Below are positions 37,318-50,215 of a stretch of 64,000 nt of DNA, piece by piece. The stretch spans positions 2,728,001 to 2,792,000 of the forward strand of contig NW_027254520.1 in assembly GCF_044704955.1 (NCBI RefSeq). Direction: 5' to 3'. The notes beneath the pieces are model-generated. The model saw only the letters and a list, made by a program, of their open reading frames with translations, made no database searches and was not told where the DNA came from. How positions within the stretch are numbered: position 1 is the first letter of the stretch; every line of letters starts with the position of its first letter. Made by a program: the position numbers and the translations under genes. The DNA is from Pristiophorus japonicus (Eukaryota).

Positions 37318-37800
37318 CTGTGTGTATAAGTGAGTGTGTGTAAATATGTGAATGTTTAAGTGTGTGTCTGGGTAAGTGTGTGTGAGTGTGAGTGTATTAT
37401 TGTGTTTGAGTGTGTGCCTGGGTAAGTGTGTGTGTGAGCAAGTGTTTGTGACTGTGTAAGTCTGCGAGAATGTAAATGTGTGAATGCGTGCCTGTGTAAG
37501 TGTGTGAGTCTGTGATTGTGTAAATCTGTGAGTGTGAGTGTGCGAGGGTGTAAGTGCGTGCCTGGGTACGTGTGTGAGTGCTTACATCTGTGTGTGTATG
37601 AGTGCATATGTGCATAAGCATGTGAGCGTGTAAGCCCGTGCCTGGGCAAGTGCGTGCGTGTGTAAATGTGTTAATGTGTGAGTGTGTATCTGTGTAAAAG
37701 TATGAGTGTGTAAGTCTGTGAGTGTAAGTGCGTGCGTGTGTAATTTTGTGTCTGGCTAAACGTGTCAGTGTGTCAGTCTCTGAATTTATGAGTGTGTAAA

Positions 37801-39234
37801 CATAGAAACATAGAAACATAGAAAATAGGTGCAGGAGTAGGCGATTCGGCCCTTCTAGCCTGCACCGCCATTCAATGAGTTCATGGCTGAACATTCAACT
37901 TCAGTACCCCATTCCTGCTTTCTCGCCATACCCCTTGATCCCCCTAGTAGTAAGGACCTCATCTAACTCCTTTTTGAATATATTTAGTGAATTGGCCTCA
38001 ACAACTTTCTGTGGTAGAGAATTCCACAGGTTCACCACTCTCTGGGTGAAGAAGTTCCTCCGCATCTCGGTCCTAAATGGCTCACCCCTTATCCTTAGAC
38101 TGTGACCTCAGGTTCTGGACTTCCCCAACATTGGGAACATTCTTCCTGCATCTAACCTGTCTAACCCCGTCAGAATTTTAAATGTTTCTATGAGGTCCCC
38201 TCTCATTCTTCTGAACTCCAGTGAATACAAGCCCAGTTCATCCAGTCTTTCTTGATAGGTCAGTCCCGCCATCCCGGGAATCAGTCTGGTGAACCTTCGC
38301 TGCACTCCCTCAATAGCAAGATTGTCCTTCCTCAGGTTAGGAGATCAAAACTGTACACAATACTCCAGGTGTGGCCTCACCAATGCCCTGTACAACTGTA
38401 GCAACACCTCCCTGCCCCTGTACTCAAATCCCCTTGCTATGAAGGCCAACATGCCATTTGCTTTCTTAACCGCCTGCTGCACCTGCATGCCAACCTTCAA
38501 TGACTGATGTACCATGACACCCAGGTCTCTTTGCACCTCCCCTTTTCCTAATCTGTCACCATTCAGATAATAGTCTGTCTCTCTGTTTTTACCACCAAAG
38601 TGGATAACCTCACATTTATCCACATTATACTTCATCTGCCATGCATTTGCCCACTCACCTAACCTATCCAAGTCGCTCTGCAGCCTCACAGCATCCTCCT
38701 CGCAGCTCACACTGCCACCCAACTTAGTGTCATCCGCAAATTTGGAGATACTACACTTAATCCCCTCATCTAATGTACAGTGTAAACAGCTGGGGCCCCA
38801 GCACAGAACCTTGCGGTACCCCACTATTCACTGTCTGCCATTCTGAAAAGTACCCATTTACTCCTACTCTTTGCTTCCTGTCTGACAAACAGTTCTCAAT
38901 CCATGTCAGTACACTATCCCCAATCCCATGTGCTCTAACTTTGCACATCAATCTCTTGTGTGGCACCTTGTCGAACGCCTTCTGAAAGTCCAAATATACC
39001 ACATCAACTGGTTCTCCCTTATCCACTCGACTGGAAACATCCTCAAAAATTCCAGAAGATTTGTCAAGCATGATTCCCTTTCACAAATCCATGCTGACTT
39101 GGACCTATCATGTCACCTCTTTCCAAATGCACTGCTATGATATCCTTAATAATTGATTCCATCATTTTACCCACTGCCGATGTCAGGCTGACCGGTCTAT
39201 AATTCCCTGTTTTCTCTCTCCCTCCTTTTTTAAA
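37801..39234 (-). mobile_element. CR1 LINE, 5'-truncated, relatively young
   Basis: Near-consensus RT ([34 protein letters not shown]); (CATAGAAA)x3 tail; TGTGTAA repeated at both ends (likely TSD). Confidence 0.95.
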
Positions 39235-39784
39235 AATGTGTAAGTGTGCACATGTGTTCCTGGGTAAGTGTTTGAGTGTGTACGTGTATGAGTATGTGAA
39301 TCTGTAAGTGTGTGCGAGTGTCTATGTGTGCGCATGTGTGTGCGTGATTGTGTATCTTTGAGTATATGCGTGAGTAAGTGCGTGAGTGTGTAAGAGAGTG
39401 ATTATATACATCTGTGCCTGGGTGTGTGGGTGAGTAAGTGCGTGACTTTGTGAATGTGCAAGTTTGGAAGTGTGTGTCTGTGTGTGTGTGTGTGTGTAAG
39501 TCTGTGAGTGTATAAGTGTGTGTATAAGTGTGTGTGTAATTGTGTGTGTGTGAGTGTGTGTGTGAGTGTGTGTCTGAGTGTCTGCGTATGAGTGTGTGTT
39601 CATAACCGTGTGTCTGTTTAAGTGAGTGAGTGTGTAAGTGTGTATGTGTGTGTCTGGTTATGTGTTTGAGTGTGTATGTCGGTGAGATTGTGCCTGAGTG
39701 TGTGTGTGTGTGTGAGTTTCTCTGTGTGTGTGTGTGTGTGTGTGTGTGTCTGTAACTGTGTATGTGAGTTGCTGTGTGCGTGCG

Positions 39785-42200
39785 GGCAGCGTTCAAGGCA
39801 TCACCCGCAAAGGCGCTGGTGGCCCAGACAAGATTCGGTATCTTGGACATTGTGTCAGTCAGGGCAAGCAATACATGACAGAGGTAAGACGGATGGCTAT
39901 TGAAGACATGCCTAAGCCCCAGAATGTCAGTGGAGTAAGAAGGTATTACGACATTTTAATCATAGTTGGAATGTTCACACAATAATAGCGGAACCCATAC
40001 AGAAATTAATTAAATGGACCGGGGGACCCCTACATCTGATAGATTGCGGACCGGAGCAGGACGAGGCATATGGTGAACTGAATGAGATCTGATGTCGTCC
40101 CCCGACCTAGATCCCAATAAACCTTTCCAACTACATTGTGATCAGGATGATGGAAGCTATTCAACCGGGGTAATGCAGGTACATGGTTGCCAGCAGGGAC
40201 CTATAGCCTGCTAATCGACGAAGAAAGTCCCAGTAGTCAGGGGAATGCCTCGATGTGTGGCTGCCCTGGACTGTGCGACTTGGGCGGTCAAAGTAAGCCA
40301 ACCAGTAGTGATGATGGGACAGGTGATTTTGCACCAACAACATAACCTTGTAGAACTACTAAATACTAGAAAGCTGCGGTCGATCTCGGACAGCCGAAAA
40401 GCTAAGTGGTAGGCGGTATTCCTGCCCAAAGAAAAGTCAGTAATAATCAAAAAGCATAATGCAATTAAGCTCGCTACCGGGGTGCTGACAAAAGGAGAAG
40501 AACATAGCTCTCGGGAACAAGTAGAGGGGGAAACGCATAGCGGGGGTAAGGAAGAACCATTGGACAATACTGATGAGTCTTTCAACGTGGATGGATCCAG
40601 AAAATACATTTATGGAGAATCCCATACTAGGTGGGCAGTGGTAACATAGGAGGGAGAGAAAATAATTTTAGGATCGCTCCGAGGAGACAAGTCACCTCAA
40701 GTGGCAGAACTGGTATAAAGGCTCTCGAGTCAGCGAAATGAAAGTGAGCAAACAAATATACAGATAATCAATTTGCCTTTGGAGTGCTTCACCACTATAT
40801 GGCAGCCTGGTCACGACGAGGGTATGTGAGATCTACTGGCGAAGTGGTAAAAGATGGAAAGCTAGCAGAAAGTCTAGTGAAACCAGAAAAGGAACCAAGT
40901 GGAGCAGCGGCAATAAAGGTAAAAGCACAAACAAAACTAACTGGTCAGGGCCAAAAGCACCCTCAAGACCTACTCATCAACGGGAATAGGTTTGCATACC
41001 TCGGAGCCCAACGACTGGCAGTTGAACGGCACCCAGAGCCATCATGTAGGGCTGAAATTCAACCAGTAATGACAAAAGTGTTCAGACTGATATAAGTATA
41101 GCAACGGTCCACAAGAGTGTCGAGCAGGAATAAAGACGTGAATGGAGTCCATGAAAAGGGTATCATGTGAGTATGGGTTCCCCATGAGCAAGTTGTGGCG
41201 CCATATCACGCGATAACACCTAACGGGAGAAGGAACATGCTGCAACTGATCTCGCAGTACTGGTAGTGGCCAGGAATGGGGAAGGATGTCGATAAATGTT
41301 GCCAAAGGTGCATTGTTTGTGCCCAACATAACGTAGGCAGGGGATGCAAGGCCGCAATGGGACATCAGCCAAGGTCATTGGAACCTCGGGACAATTTACA
41401 GATAGACTTCACCGGCCCCCTGCAAGAGGATAGGGGAAAAAGGTTTTGCCGTGTAATCATAAACCAATTCACACGGTGGGTGGAAGCCTTCACTATCAGG
41501 CATTACTCCACTCGGACGGTAGCAAAGATCCTGGCAAGCGAGGTGATATCTCGGTGGGGTGTATCCCTACAGATAGATTCAGACAATAGGATACATTTCA
41601 AGCGCAAATTAATGAAAGAAACATGTGCACTGCTGGGAATCAAACAGAGGTTCCATATACAATATCATCCCCAATGTTCTGGTATGGTGGAAAAAAGAAT
41701 AGGACCTTAAAAACGACACTTCCCAAAGCAATCCAGGAGACAGGCAAAGGATAGACAGGTCTGTTTGAGGCAATTTTAATGCGGCTCAAAGCCACTCCAG
41801 GGCGAACCACGGGACTAACACCACATCAGCTGGTGATTGGATGGGATATGAGGCTACCAGAGGACTTATCCGGAGGGACAGGTGAAGCAGGACCAATTTA
41901 GGAAAGGTTGAGGCGGTTCTTGATCCAGCTAAACCAAGAGATGCAGGCTATGAATAAAGAAGTTAGAAGCAGACAGCAGATCAGAGACCGAGAAATTCAG
42001 AATGAGGGAATGAGACCCGAAGCGCGAGCTAACATAGGAGAACAGGTCATAAAAATTTGACAGGGATCCGAAAGGGAATGGAGCCCCGATGGATGGGGCC
42101 ATACTCGGTACTAATGACAAGCGATACTTGTGTTTGTCTACAGAAGCCCACTGGGAATATATGCAAACACTGGACACAGGTAAAATCATATGACACTAAA
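39785..42200 (+). pseudogene. pol: Retroviral pol remnant (RT thumb, RNase H, integrase)
   Basis: YLGHCVSQG..MPKPQNVSGVR; NVDGSRK..SPQVAEL; IYTDNQFAFGVLH..WSRRGY..IKVKA..GNRFA; CIVCAQHN, LQIDFTGPL, FTRWVEAF, QIDSDN, YHPQCSGMVE, PRWMGPY..KHWTQVK; frameshifts and stops. Confidence 0.9.
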
Positions 42201-42228
42201 CAATTCCCGTCTGTTTTAACCCAAAGTG

Positions 42229-44257
42229 ATGGTGCGCCTGGTAACCACGGAAGCGTCCGATACAGAGCTTGCAGAACACAACGGATTGGACCTGTGGATT
42301 GTGCTGCTGGTGACTGGGTTAGTAGCCGCCATGACCTCCCAGTGCCTCAAGAGATACGTTTGGAAGGAAAAGGGCGTAGACGTTATTATATGTAGAAGGC
42401 CCACCTAGACGCAATTCTGGGACACTGTACATTGAAAATAGGTGCAGGAGTAGGCCAATCATGCTCCACCGGAATTAAATGTCATGTATTTGATTTTCGA
42501 TTAGACTATCAACGGTGGACCTATTCGGCACCACGCTGTGCCAATTTTATGCTGATCACCCATAAGAATGAGAATGTTACCTTCAACTTTACATGGATGA
42601 CCGACGGTCCAGGGATGATCTGTAAGCGAGGTTGTGACGATACTTCCCAGAATATAAACAAAATACTGAAAGAAGCCGGGAATACTAATAAAACGGAGTA
42701 TACCAATAGTGCAGAGTGGAGAAAGGGAATGTTGGATGAGGAGACTGGCTGTTGTGTAGGAATAATTCAGAGTTTGGCAGGAGGAGTACATGGCTCGTCA
42801 TGATAAGAGGAAAATATCTCCGTCCCAACGAGGAATGGATGCCACATTTACAAATGCTGCACGATACGTGTCTGAGCACACTGATAGCACCTGCAATAAT
42901 AAGTGCAACAATAAATATACAGCATCATCAATAGATGGTACCCAGGTATTATAAGAACCTGGATCTTGCTCTAAAGACAACCAAAGCTCACAATCGGCCA
43001 AATGTACTAGATGGAGTACTGGAACGGTTAGGAACGGGATTAGCAGTATTAATTCAATGGATATCGAAACGCTGCTGAATAAAATACAGAAAGCGGGACT
43101 ATTGACTAACGATGCCATAAGGCTGTCAGATGTGTGGCAAGAGAACTTACAGGCCAATAGCCTGCGGGGATGACTGTCAGACAAAATGATTTGGGAGTGG
43201 TCGAACAAAACTAACTGGGAACAGCAAAATGTATCGGCCAATTTAATGCGGGAAGCCAATGAGACTCACTGCCTTAAAATGGCCCTGATCAGCGAAGGAC
43301 ATCGGGCTGAATTCGAAAGGATAGCATTCACTGGAAATGCCCGACGATGGGCTAAACTGTTTCAGTTTGACCACCGAACGCTAACACTCAGGCCATATAT
43401 GAAGCATGCGCGATGTGATGAAGAGGGATGTAATATTGTTAGCTAATGTTGCTAACAGTCAGATATGTTGTACGTTTGTGGTCCTACCACAGCTATTCGG
43501 TAAAATCTTATGGAAGCCACAGTTTTAAGGAAAATGGATCGATCCGAATAATAAAACACACGAAGTGAAGGACTGGATAAAGTGGCCATTCGGGCAAGTA
43601 TGCCCACTACATACAGAAGAGGTGGAACCATTCTTCATCGAAGGCACAACAGGGGCTTTTGAATGGCAGCTGCATCCATTAAATGATACCGTAATAGATG
43701 AAATCGGACAAAACTACATATGTGTAACCAATACCCACACGGTATATTTGTACGCGGATCGATTGGAACCCCCGGTAAATGCATGCCAGAAGGAAATGTA
43801 TGTCATCTCCGACGGTAAAACGACCAAGTCCTATCAAATAGGAGAATGGAAAAGCAGTGCTCTATACAGGAGCAACAAAGGACTGTCCGTACTACCACCA
43901 TGGGTGAACTTGAGAAAGTTAAGGACCTTCCTTGAGAAACTCATTCAGGTGACCAAGTACCTGGGAGAAGAATGGGAACGGTTATTCAGACAAAAGGTCC
44001 TTATGAGTTACACAAAACAAGAACTTATCCGAGTGACGGAGGAACTAAATGCCCTGGTTCATCACTGGATGGACATTTTTAAGGGCTGGTCAGCTAAGGC
44101 CTACGCTGTCCACAAATTGATGTGGCGCAGAATTGTGGTAATAATGGTAGTGGTAGGCATATGTATCATGATCCAACTGTAACTTATGTGCAACAGTCGA
44201 GGGATACACAACCGCGTGGTTCAAGCCGAACAGGAAAAAGCCTTGTCAACTGTGTAA
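42229..44257 (+). pseudogene. env: Retroviral env remnant
   Basis: Hydrophobic signal LWIVLLVTGLVAA, Cys/N-glycan-rich SU, fusion-peptide-like NVLDGVLERLGTGLAVL then (frameshift) NSMDIETLLNKI, membrane-proximal HHWMDIFKGWS, anchor IVVIMVVVGICIMIQL; several stops and frameshifts. Confidence 0.8.
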
Positions 44258-44519
44258 CGTAGGTGTGATAGGGATGCGAATGATTATGTAACACATTAGG
44301 GAAACAACTAATACCCCCGAGCTTACGCTATATATGTACAAAAATTAAATATAAGTAACTAGCCTATAATTTCATGGAAATGGTCAGGGGTAGCAGTTAA
44401 AGACTCCAATAATGGAACGAACCAAAGGAAATTGAGTTGATCACCTTTTCCAGCAAATGGCTCAGAATATATGTGGTCGGCTGATTATTTAGAAATAATC
44501 AGCGACCAACAGGAGGGAC

Positions 44520-45013
44520 TGAAGAGGTAAATTACAATTCTTTATACTATTAATAATTGGGCCATTTTAAAATTAAGCTAACTGAGTTTAAAATGGAACC
44601 CAAGGACTGTGGTAAACATTTCACAGAGAAGCAAATGTTCTAGTTCACAGACCAAGGCCTTGGGATGCACGTACAGAGCGAGAAAACATAGAAACTGAAG
44701 CCACAACAAGATAAAGGTAGAATAGAAATGGACACTTTTGCAAGTGTACAGACTTACCAATTAAGGCATACGGAAGGCAGACAGAAAGAAGTGCTGTACC
44801 AATATATTAATCAATCATCTTGTATCAATTATCATGTATTAATTCAACTTGTGTATTTTTGTAATAACTTAATCTGAAATTGTATAAAGGAAGATGACTC
44901 CAGGCACATGTTTGAGCATTATTTCACAGAATAGCTCAGCTGACTGCTTGTATCTGTGAATGTAAAGTAACAGCATTTATCTTAAGGCTAACTGACTCCG
45001 AGAGGTGGTTTCA
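44520..45013 (+). mobile_element. ERV 3' LTR
   Basis: Follows PPT AACAGGAGGGAC, begins TGAAG, has a TATAAA box near 44883, and ends at TTTCA (TGAA...TTCA termini). The end is inferred because there is no second LTR to compare. Confidence 0.65.
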
Positions 45014-45031
45014 AGTTAACCCGAACAGAAA

Positions 45032-46210
45032 GTACGAGCGAGGTCAGTTATGTAACTGGATGGGTAGTGACAGTATGAGCGAGGTCAGTGATGTATCTGG
45101 ATGTCTAGTGATACTATGAGTGAGGTCAGTGATGTAGTTGGATGGATAGAGAAAGTTTGATTGAAATCTGTGTTGTATCTAGAAGGGTAGTGAACGTATG
45201 AATGAGGTCAGTAATGTATCTGGATGGGCAGTGACAGTATGAGTGAGGTCAGTGATGTAACTTGAGGGGTAGTGAAAGTATGACTGATGTCAATGCGGTA
45301 TTTAGAAGTTGGTGACGGTATGAGTGAGGCCAGTGGTGTAACTGGATTGGTCGTGACAGTGTGAGTGAGGTGACTGATGTGCCTGGATGTGTAGTGACCG
45401 TTTCGTTGAGGTCACTTATGTATCTAGATTGGTAGAGGCAGCATGAGTGTGGTCACAGATATATATGGATGGGTACTGACAGTATGAGTGAGATCAGTGA
45501 TGTAACTTGAAGGGTAGTGACAGTATGAGTTAGGCCAATAAGGTATTTAGGTGGGCTGACTGTATGAGTGAGATCAGAGATGTATCTGGATGGGTATTGA
45601 GAGTATGAGTGAGGTCAGTGATGGATTCGAATGGGCAGTGACAGTATGAGTGAGGTCAGTGATGGACTCGGATGGGCAGTGACAGTATGAGTGAAGTCAG
45701 TGATGTATCTGGATGTGTAGTGACAGTATGAGTGAAGTCAGTGATGTATCTGGATGGGTAATAATAGTGTGAGTGAGGTCAGTGATGTACCTCGATGGGT
45801 AGTGATACTATGAGTGAGGTCAGTGATGTATCTGGATGGGCAGTGACAGTATGAGTGAGGTCAGTGATGTATCTGGATGCGTAGTGACAGTATGAGTGAA
45901 GTCAGTGATGTATCTGGATGGGTAATAATAGTGTGAGTGAGGTCAGTGATGTACCTCGATGGGTAGTGATACGATGAGTGAGGTCAGTGATGTATCTTGA
46001 TGGGCAGTGACAGCATGAGTAAGGTTAGTGATGCAGCTGGATGGGAAGTAAAAGTATGAGTGAGGTCAGTGATGCACCTGGGTGGATAGTGACAGTATGA
46101 GTAAGGTTAGTGATGCACCTGGATGGGTAATAACAGTATGAGTGAGGTCAGTGATGTATCTGGATCGGTAGTGATAGTATGAGTGAGATCAGTGATGAAT
46201 CTGGATGTAT
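45032..46210 (+). repeat. 41-bp minisatellite
   Basis: Consensus GTATGAGTGAGGTCAGTGATGTATCTGGATGGGTAGTGACA, ~28 units. Confidence 0.93.
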
Positions 46211-46814
46211 TTTGAGAGTACGCTTGAGAGCAACGATAAACATTGAATGGTCTGTAACTGTTGATATTATGTCAGTGATATATCCAAATAGCCACCAAAT
46301 CTTACCGCATCTTCTATGTGAAGCGATGATTTCTGTTGTTGGAGTTGCAAATTCCAGTGAGTCTTTCAGATTTGATCACCATATTAGTACCAGTCGCTTG
46401 CACACAGCAGCATCAGGAATTATTCGCGGTCATGTTCATTAAACAACTGAATTTATTTATATGCAGATATCGAGAAGGGGCAATCAGTTTCACAAAAGGG
46501 CAGTTTCTGAACAAACCACATTTGCTAAAGTAGCATGATCGTTATATCGTACTGTAACAGATAATGTTCGTTGTGATCTGACTTGCTCCGTGGAGCATGG
46601 ACCGTCTTGAGTGCACAATGATCATTATCACGTACTGCCCCAGTGAATGTTCGTTATAAACTGACTTGCACCATGGTGCAAGGACGGACCTCGGTAAATT
46701 GGAAGGACAGTCGCTGAAATGGCAGGAACAATTTATTACTTAAATTCCCAAAAATCTCACTGGAAATCTGCCATTGCTGTCACACTGTAGTACCCACATG
46801 CGCTAAGCTTCCCA

Positions 46815-48950
46815 GTAGGTACTGAAATAGGTGGGTAGGCAATGGCAAACGTTTAAAGCTCACATGACAGTGACAGGATCGGTCCAAGTCAACAATTGTA
46901 CATCGTTGTCAGGAGTAAAAATAAAATGGTGAAGTGGCTGAACCGTTGCTGACTAGGAAAAGTAAGGATAGTGTTAAACCCAAGGAAGAGGCAGAAATAT
47001 TGGCCAGAAAAAGCAGCAAACCTGAGGACAGGGAGAATATTATTATTCAGCAGAGGAGGACAAAGTGTTTAATTTGGAGGGCGGAAATAGAGTATTTGTG
47101 GAAGCTTGATGGGAATATAAAAACTGGCTGCAAAAGCATCGATATATATGTGAAGAGAAAACGATTAGTGAAGACAAACGTAGGTCCCTTGCAGTCGGAT
47201 TCAGGTGAATTTATAACGGGGAGCAAAAAAATGGCGGACCAGTTGAACAAATACTTTGGTTCTATCTTCACGAAGGAAGTCACAAATAACGTTGCAGAAA
47301 TACAAGGGGAGAGAGGTTCCAGTGAGAAGGAGGAAGTGAAGCAAATGATTATTCGGCCGGGAATTGTGTTCAGAAATTGATGGGATTGAAGGCCGATACA
47401 TCCCAGAGGCGTGAAAGTCTGTGTCCCAGAGTATTAAAGAAGTGGGCCTAGAAATTGTGGATGCATTGGTGATCATTTTCCAACAGTCTAACGATTTTAG
47501 ATCAGTTCCTCTGGACTGGAGGGTACCTAATGTTATAGCACTTTTTAGGAAAGGAGTGAGAGAGAAAACGGCTATTTATCGCCCGGTGAGCCTGACATCA
47601 GTAGTGGGAAAAATATTGGAATCAATTATTAAAAATGCAATAGCAGCGCATTTGGAAAGCAGTGACAGGAGTGGTCAAAGTCAGCATGGATATACGAAAG
47701 GGAAATCATTCTTGACAAACCTTCTGGAATTTTTTGAGGATGTAACTGGTAGAGTGGACAATGTAGAACCAGTGGATGTGGTGCATTAGGACATTCAAAA
47801 GTTTTTTAACAAGGTCCCACATAACAGATTGCAGAGCAAAATTAAAGCACATGATATTGGGGGTAATATACTGATATGGATAGAGAACTGGTTGGCAGAC
47901 AGGAAGTCGAGAGTCGGTTGAAATGTGTCGTTTTCAGAATGGCAGGCAATGACTCGTGGGGTGCCGCAGGGCTCAGTGCTGGGACCCCAGCTGTTTACAA
48001 TAAACATTGATGATTTAGATGAAGGAGTAAAGTGTAATATCTCCAATTTTGCAGATGGCACTAATTTGGGTGCCACTGTGAACTGTGAAGAGGAGAATAA
48101 GAGGCTGCAGGATTATTTGAACAGGTCAGGTGAGTGGACAAACGCATGGCAGATGCAGTATAATGTGGATAAATATGACGTTATCTACTTTGATGGCAAA
48201 AACACAGAGGCAGAATATTATCTGAATGGCAGCATAATAGGAAAAGGGGAGGTGCATTGGACCTGATTGTCATGGTAAATCAGTCATTGAAAGTTGGCAT
48301 GCAGGTACAGCAGGCGGTGAAGTAGCTTGTGAATTTGAGTATGGGAGCAGGGAGGTCTTACTGCAGTTGTACAGGGCCTGAGTGAGGCCTCACTTGGGAT
48401 ATTGTGTTCAGTTTTCGTCTTCTAATCTGAGGAAAGACGTTCTTGCTATTGAGGGAGTGCAGCGAAGGTTCACCAGACTAATTCCCGGGATGGCAGGACT
48501 AACATATGACGAGAGATTGGATCTACTGGGCCTGTATTCACTGGAGTTTAGAAGGATGACAGGGGATATCATAGAATCATATAAAATTCTGATGGGACTG
48601 GATAGGTTAGATGCAGTAAGAATGTTCCCGATATTGGAGAAGTCCAGCCCCAGGGGATATAGACTAAGGATAAGGGGAAATCCATTTAGGACTGAGATGA
48701 GGAGAAACCTCTTCACTCAGAGAGTTGTTAACCTGTGGAATTCCCTACAGCAGAGAGTAACTGATGCCAGTTCATTGGATATATTCAAGAGAGAGTTAGA
48801 TATTGCCCTTCTGACTAAAGATATCAAGGGGTATGGAGTGAAAGCAGGAAAGTGGCATGAGGCGAATGTTCAGCCATGAACTTATTGAATGGTGGTGCAG
48901 ACTGGAAGGGTGGAGGGGCCTAATCCTGAACCTATTTTCTATGTTCGAGG
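46815..48950 (+). mobile_element. CR1 LINE, 5'-truncated
   Basis: [56 protein letters not shown]; 3' tail TTCTATGTT. Confidence 0.93.
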
Positions 48951-49711
48951 TTTCGATGATTGGAGCATCCTCCTTGCGAAATTTCAAAGCCACTCTAATT
49001 ATATGCGTATATATTATATACCTTCTGTTTTATATGAAAAGTGCCGGACCAGAATGGGTTAATATCCCCCTGTGTAATGACTGGAATTAATACTACTTTC
49101 TATGGGACCTAATTATTGATATTAATTCCAGTCAGTTGAACGCAGCAGGTTCATTCAGTATACTTGTCAATGTTTATTATTTTGGAATATATTTCGAACA
49201 TATTTCAGATATGCATGTTGCTCACGGCAATAAATCAATTCCTATCATTTAATCATTGAAATCCTGACTGTAAAGCACGAAGCGATGTTAATCTCACTCA
49301 GTGAGGTTGCATTGTGGGAATCGGGGTCACAGTGCAGGATTGAAGATGCAGACATTGTGTTGGACTGTTGTAAGCCATAGCAGGACTTCCAAAACACAGT
49401 TACAGCTTCTCCCATTTTAAAAGCAGCGTTCATAGTTTCACTGTTCATCTTTAAAATTTCAGTCTAAAGTGCATCAATTTGGAAATCCCCATTCCTACTA
49501 AAAAGACAGGAACCACAGAACACAACTGTCCCTCATTGTGGGGAGGGAGATTGAGCTGAAAGTTTGCCTACAATGGTGAAAATCTGGATCATATTTTTTA
49601 TTGCTCTGGCCCTGAGAGAAAACTGTCCAGCACAAGATCACTTTGATATTTCAAACACGAAGAGGGATACTGAATTCCAGCATTAAACACGTCAGGTTAC
49701 TGAACCGGCCG

Positions 49712-50215
49712 TATATGGATGTGTAGTGACACTATGAGAGAAGTCAGTGTTAAATCATGATGGATAGTGACAGTAGGCGTGAGGTCAGTGATATACCTGG
49801 ATGGGTAGTGACAGTATGAGTGAGGTCAGTGTCTGTAAGTGGATGGGTAGTGACAGTATGACTGAGGTCAGTGATGTAGCTGGTTGGGCGGTGACAGTAT
49901 GAGTGAGGTCAATGATGTATCTGGATGGGTAGTGACAGTAGGAGTGAGGTCAGTGATGTAACTGGATGGACAGTGAGAGTATGAGTGAGGCGAGTGATGT
50001 AGCTGGATGGGCAGTGAGAGTATGAGTGAGGTCAGTAATGTATCTGACTGAGTAGGAACAGTATTAGTGAGGTCAGTGATGTATCTGGATGGGTAGTGAG
50101 AATATGAATGAGGTCAGTGATGTACCTGGAAGTGCATTGACAATATGAATGAGATCAGTGATGTATCTGCATGGGTAGTGACTGTATGAGTGAGGTCAGT
50201 GATGTATCTCGATGG
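49712..50215 (+). repeat. 41-bp minisatellite, second block
   Basis: Same consensus as 45032-46210. Confidence 0.92.

Larger units (their letters stand above)
36695..39782. repeat. GT-rich satellite interrupted by a SINE-like piece and a CR1
   Basis: Degenerate (GT)n with CTGGGTAAG motifs at 36695-37140, 37318-37800 and 39235-39782. Confidence 0.9.
39785..45013 (+). mobile_element. Endogenous retrovirus, 5'-truncated and decayed (pol, env, 3' LTR); probably snakehead-retrovirus-like
   Basis: RT C-terminus, tether, retroviral RNase H, integrase, an env-like glycoprotein, PPT and LTR, in retroviral order. Confidence 0.88.

Noticed and set aside
36687-39903. Long His/Thr or Cys/Val ORFs (e.g. 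39230-39871, 37397-37894)
   Set aside because: Translations of (GT)n/(CA)n low-complexity DNA.
44258-44510. Possible accessory ORF between env and the LTR
   Set aside because: Only ~250 nt and no ORF of 60 aa or more in the track; nothing recognisable.
45032-46210. 41-bp array as a CRISPR or coding repeat
   Set aside because: Plain head-to-tail minisatellite with frequent stop codons.
46179-46533. Short overlapping ORFs after the 41-bp satellite
   Set aside because: No recognisable domain or splice structure; cannot be supported as an exon.
49328-49370. CACAGTG heptamer as a V(D)J recombination signal
   Set aside because: No nonamer at 12- or 23-bp spacing and no V/J segment nearby.
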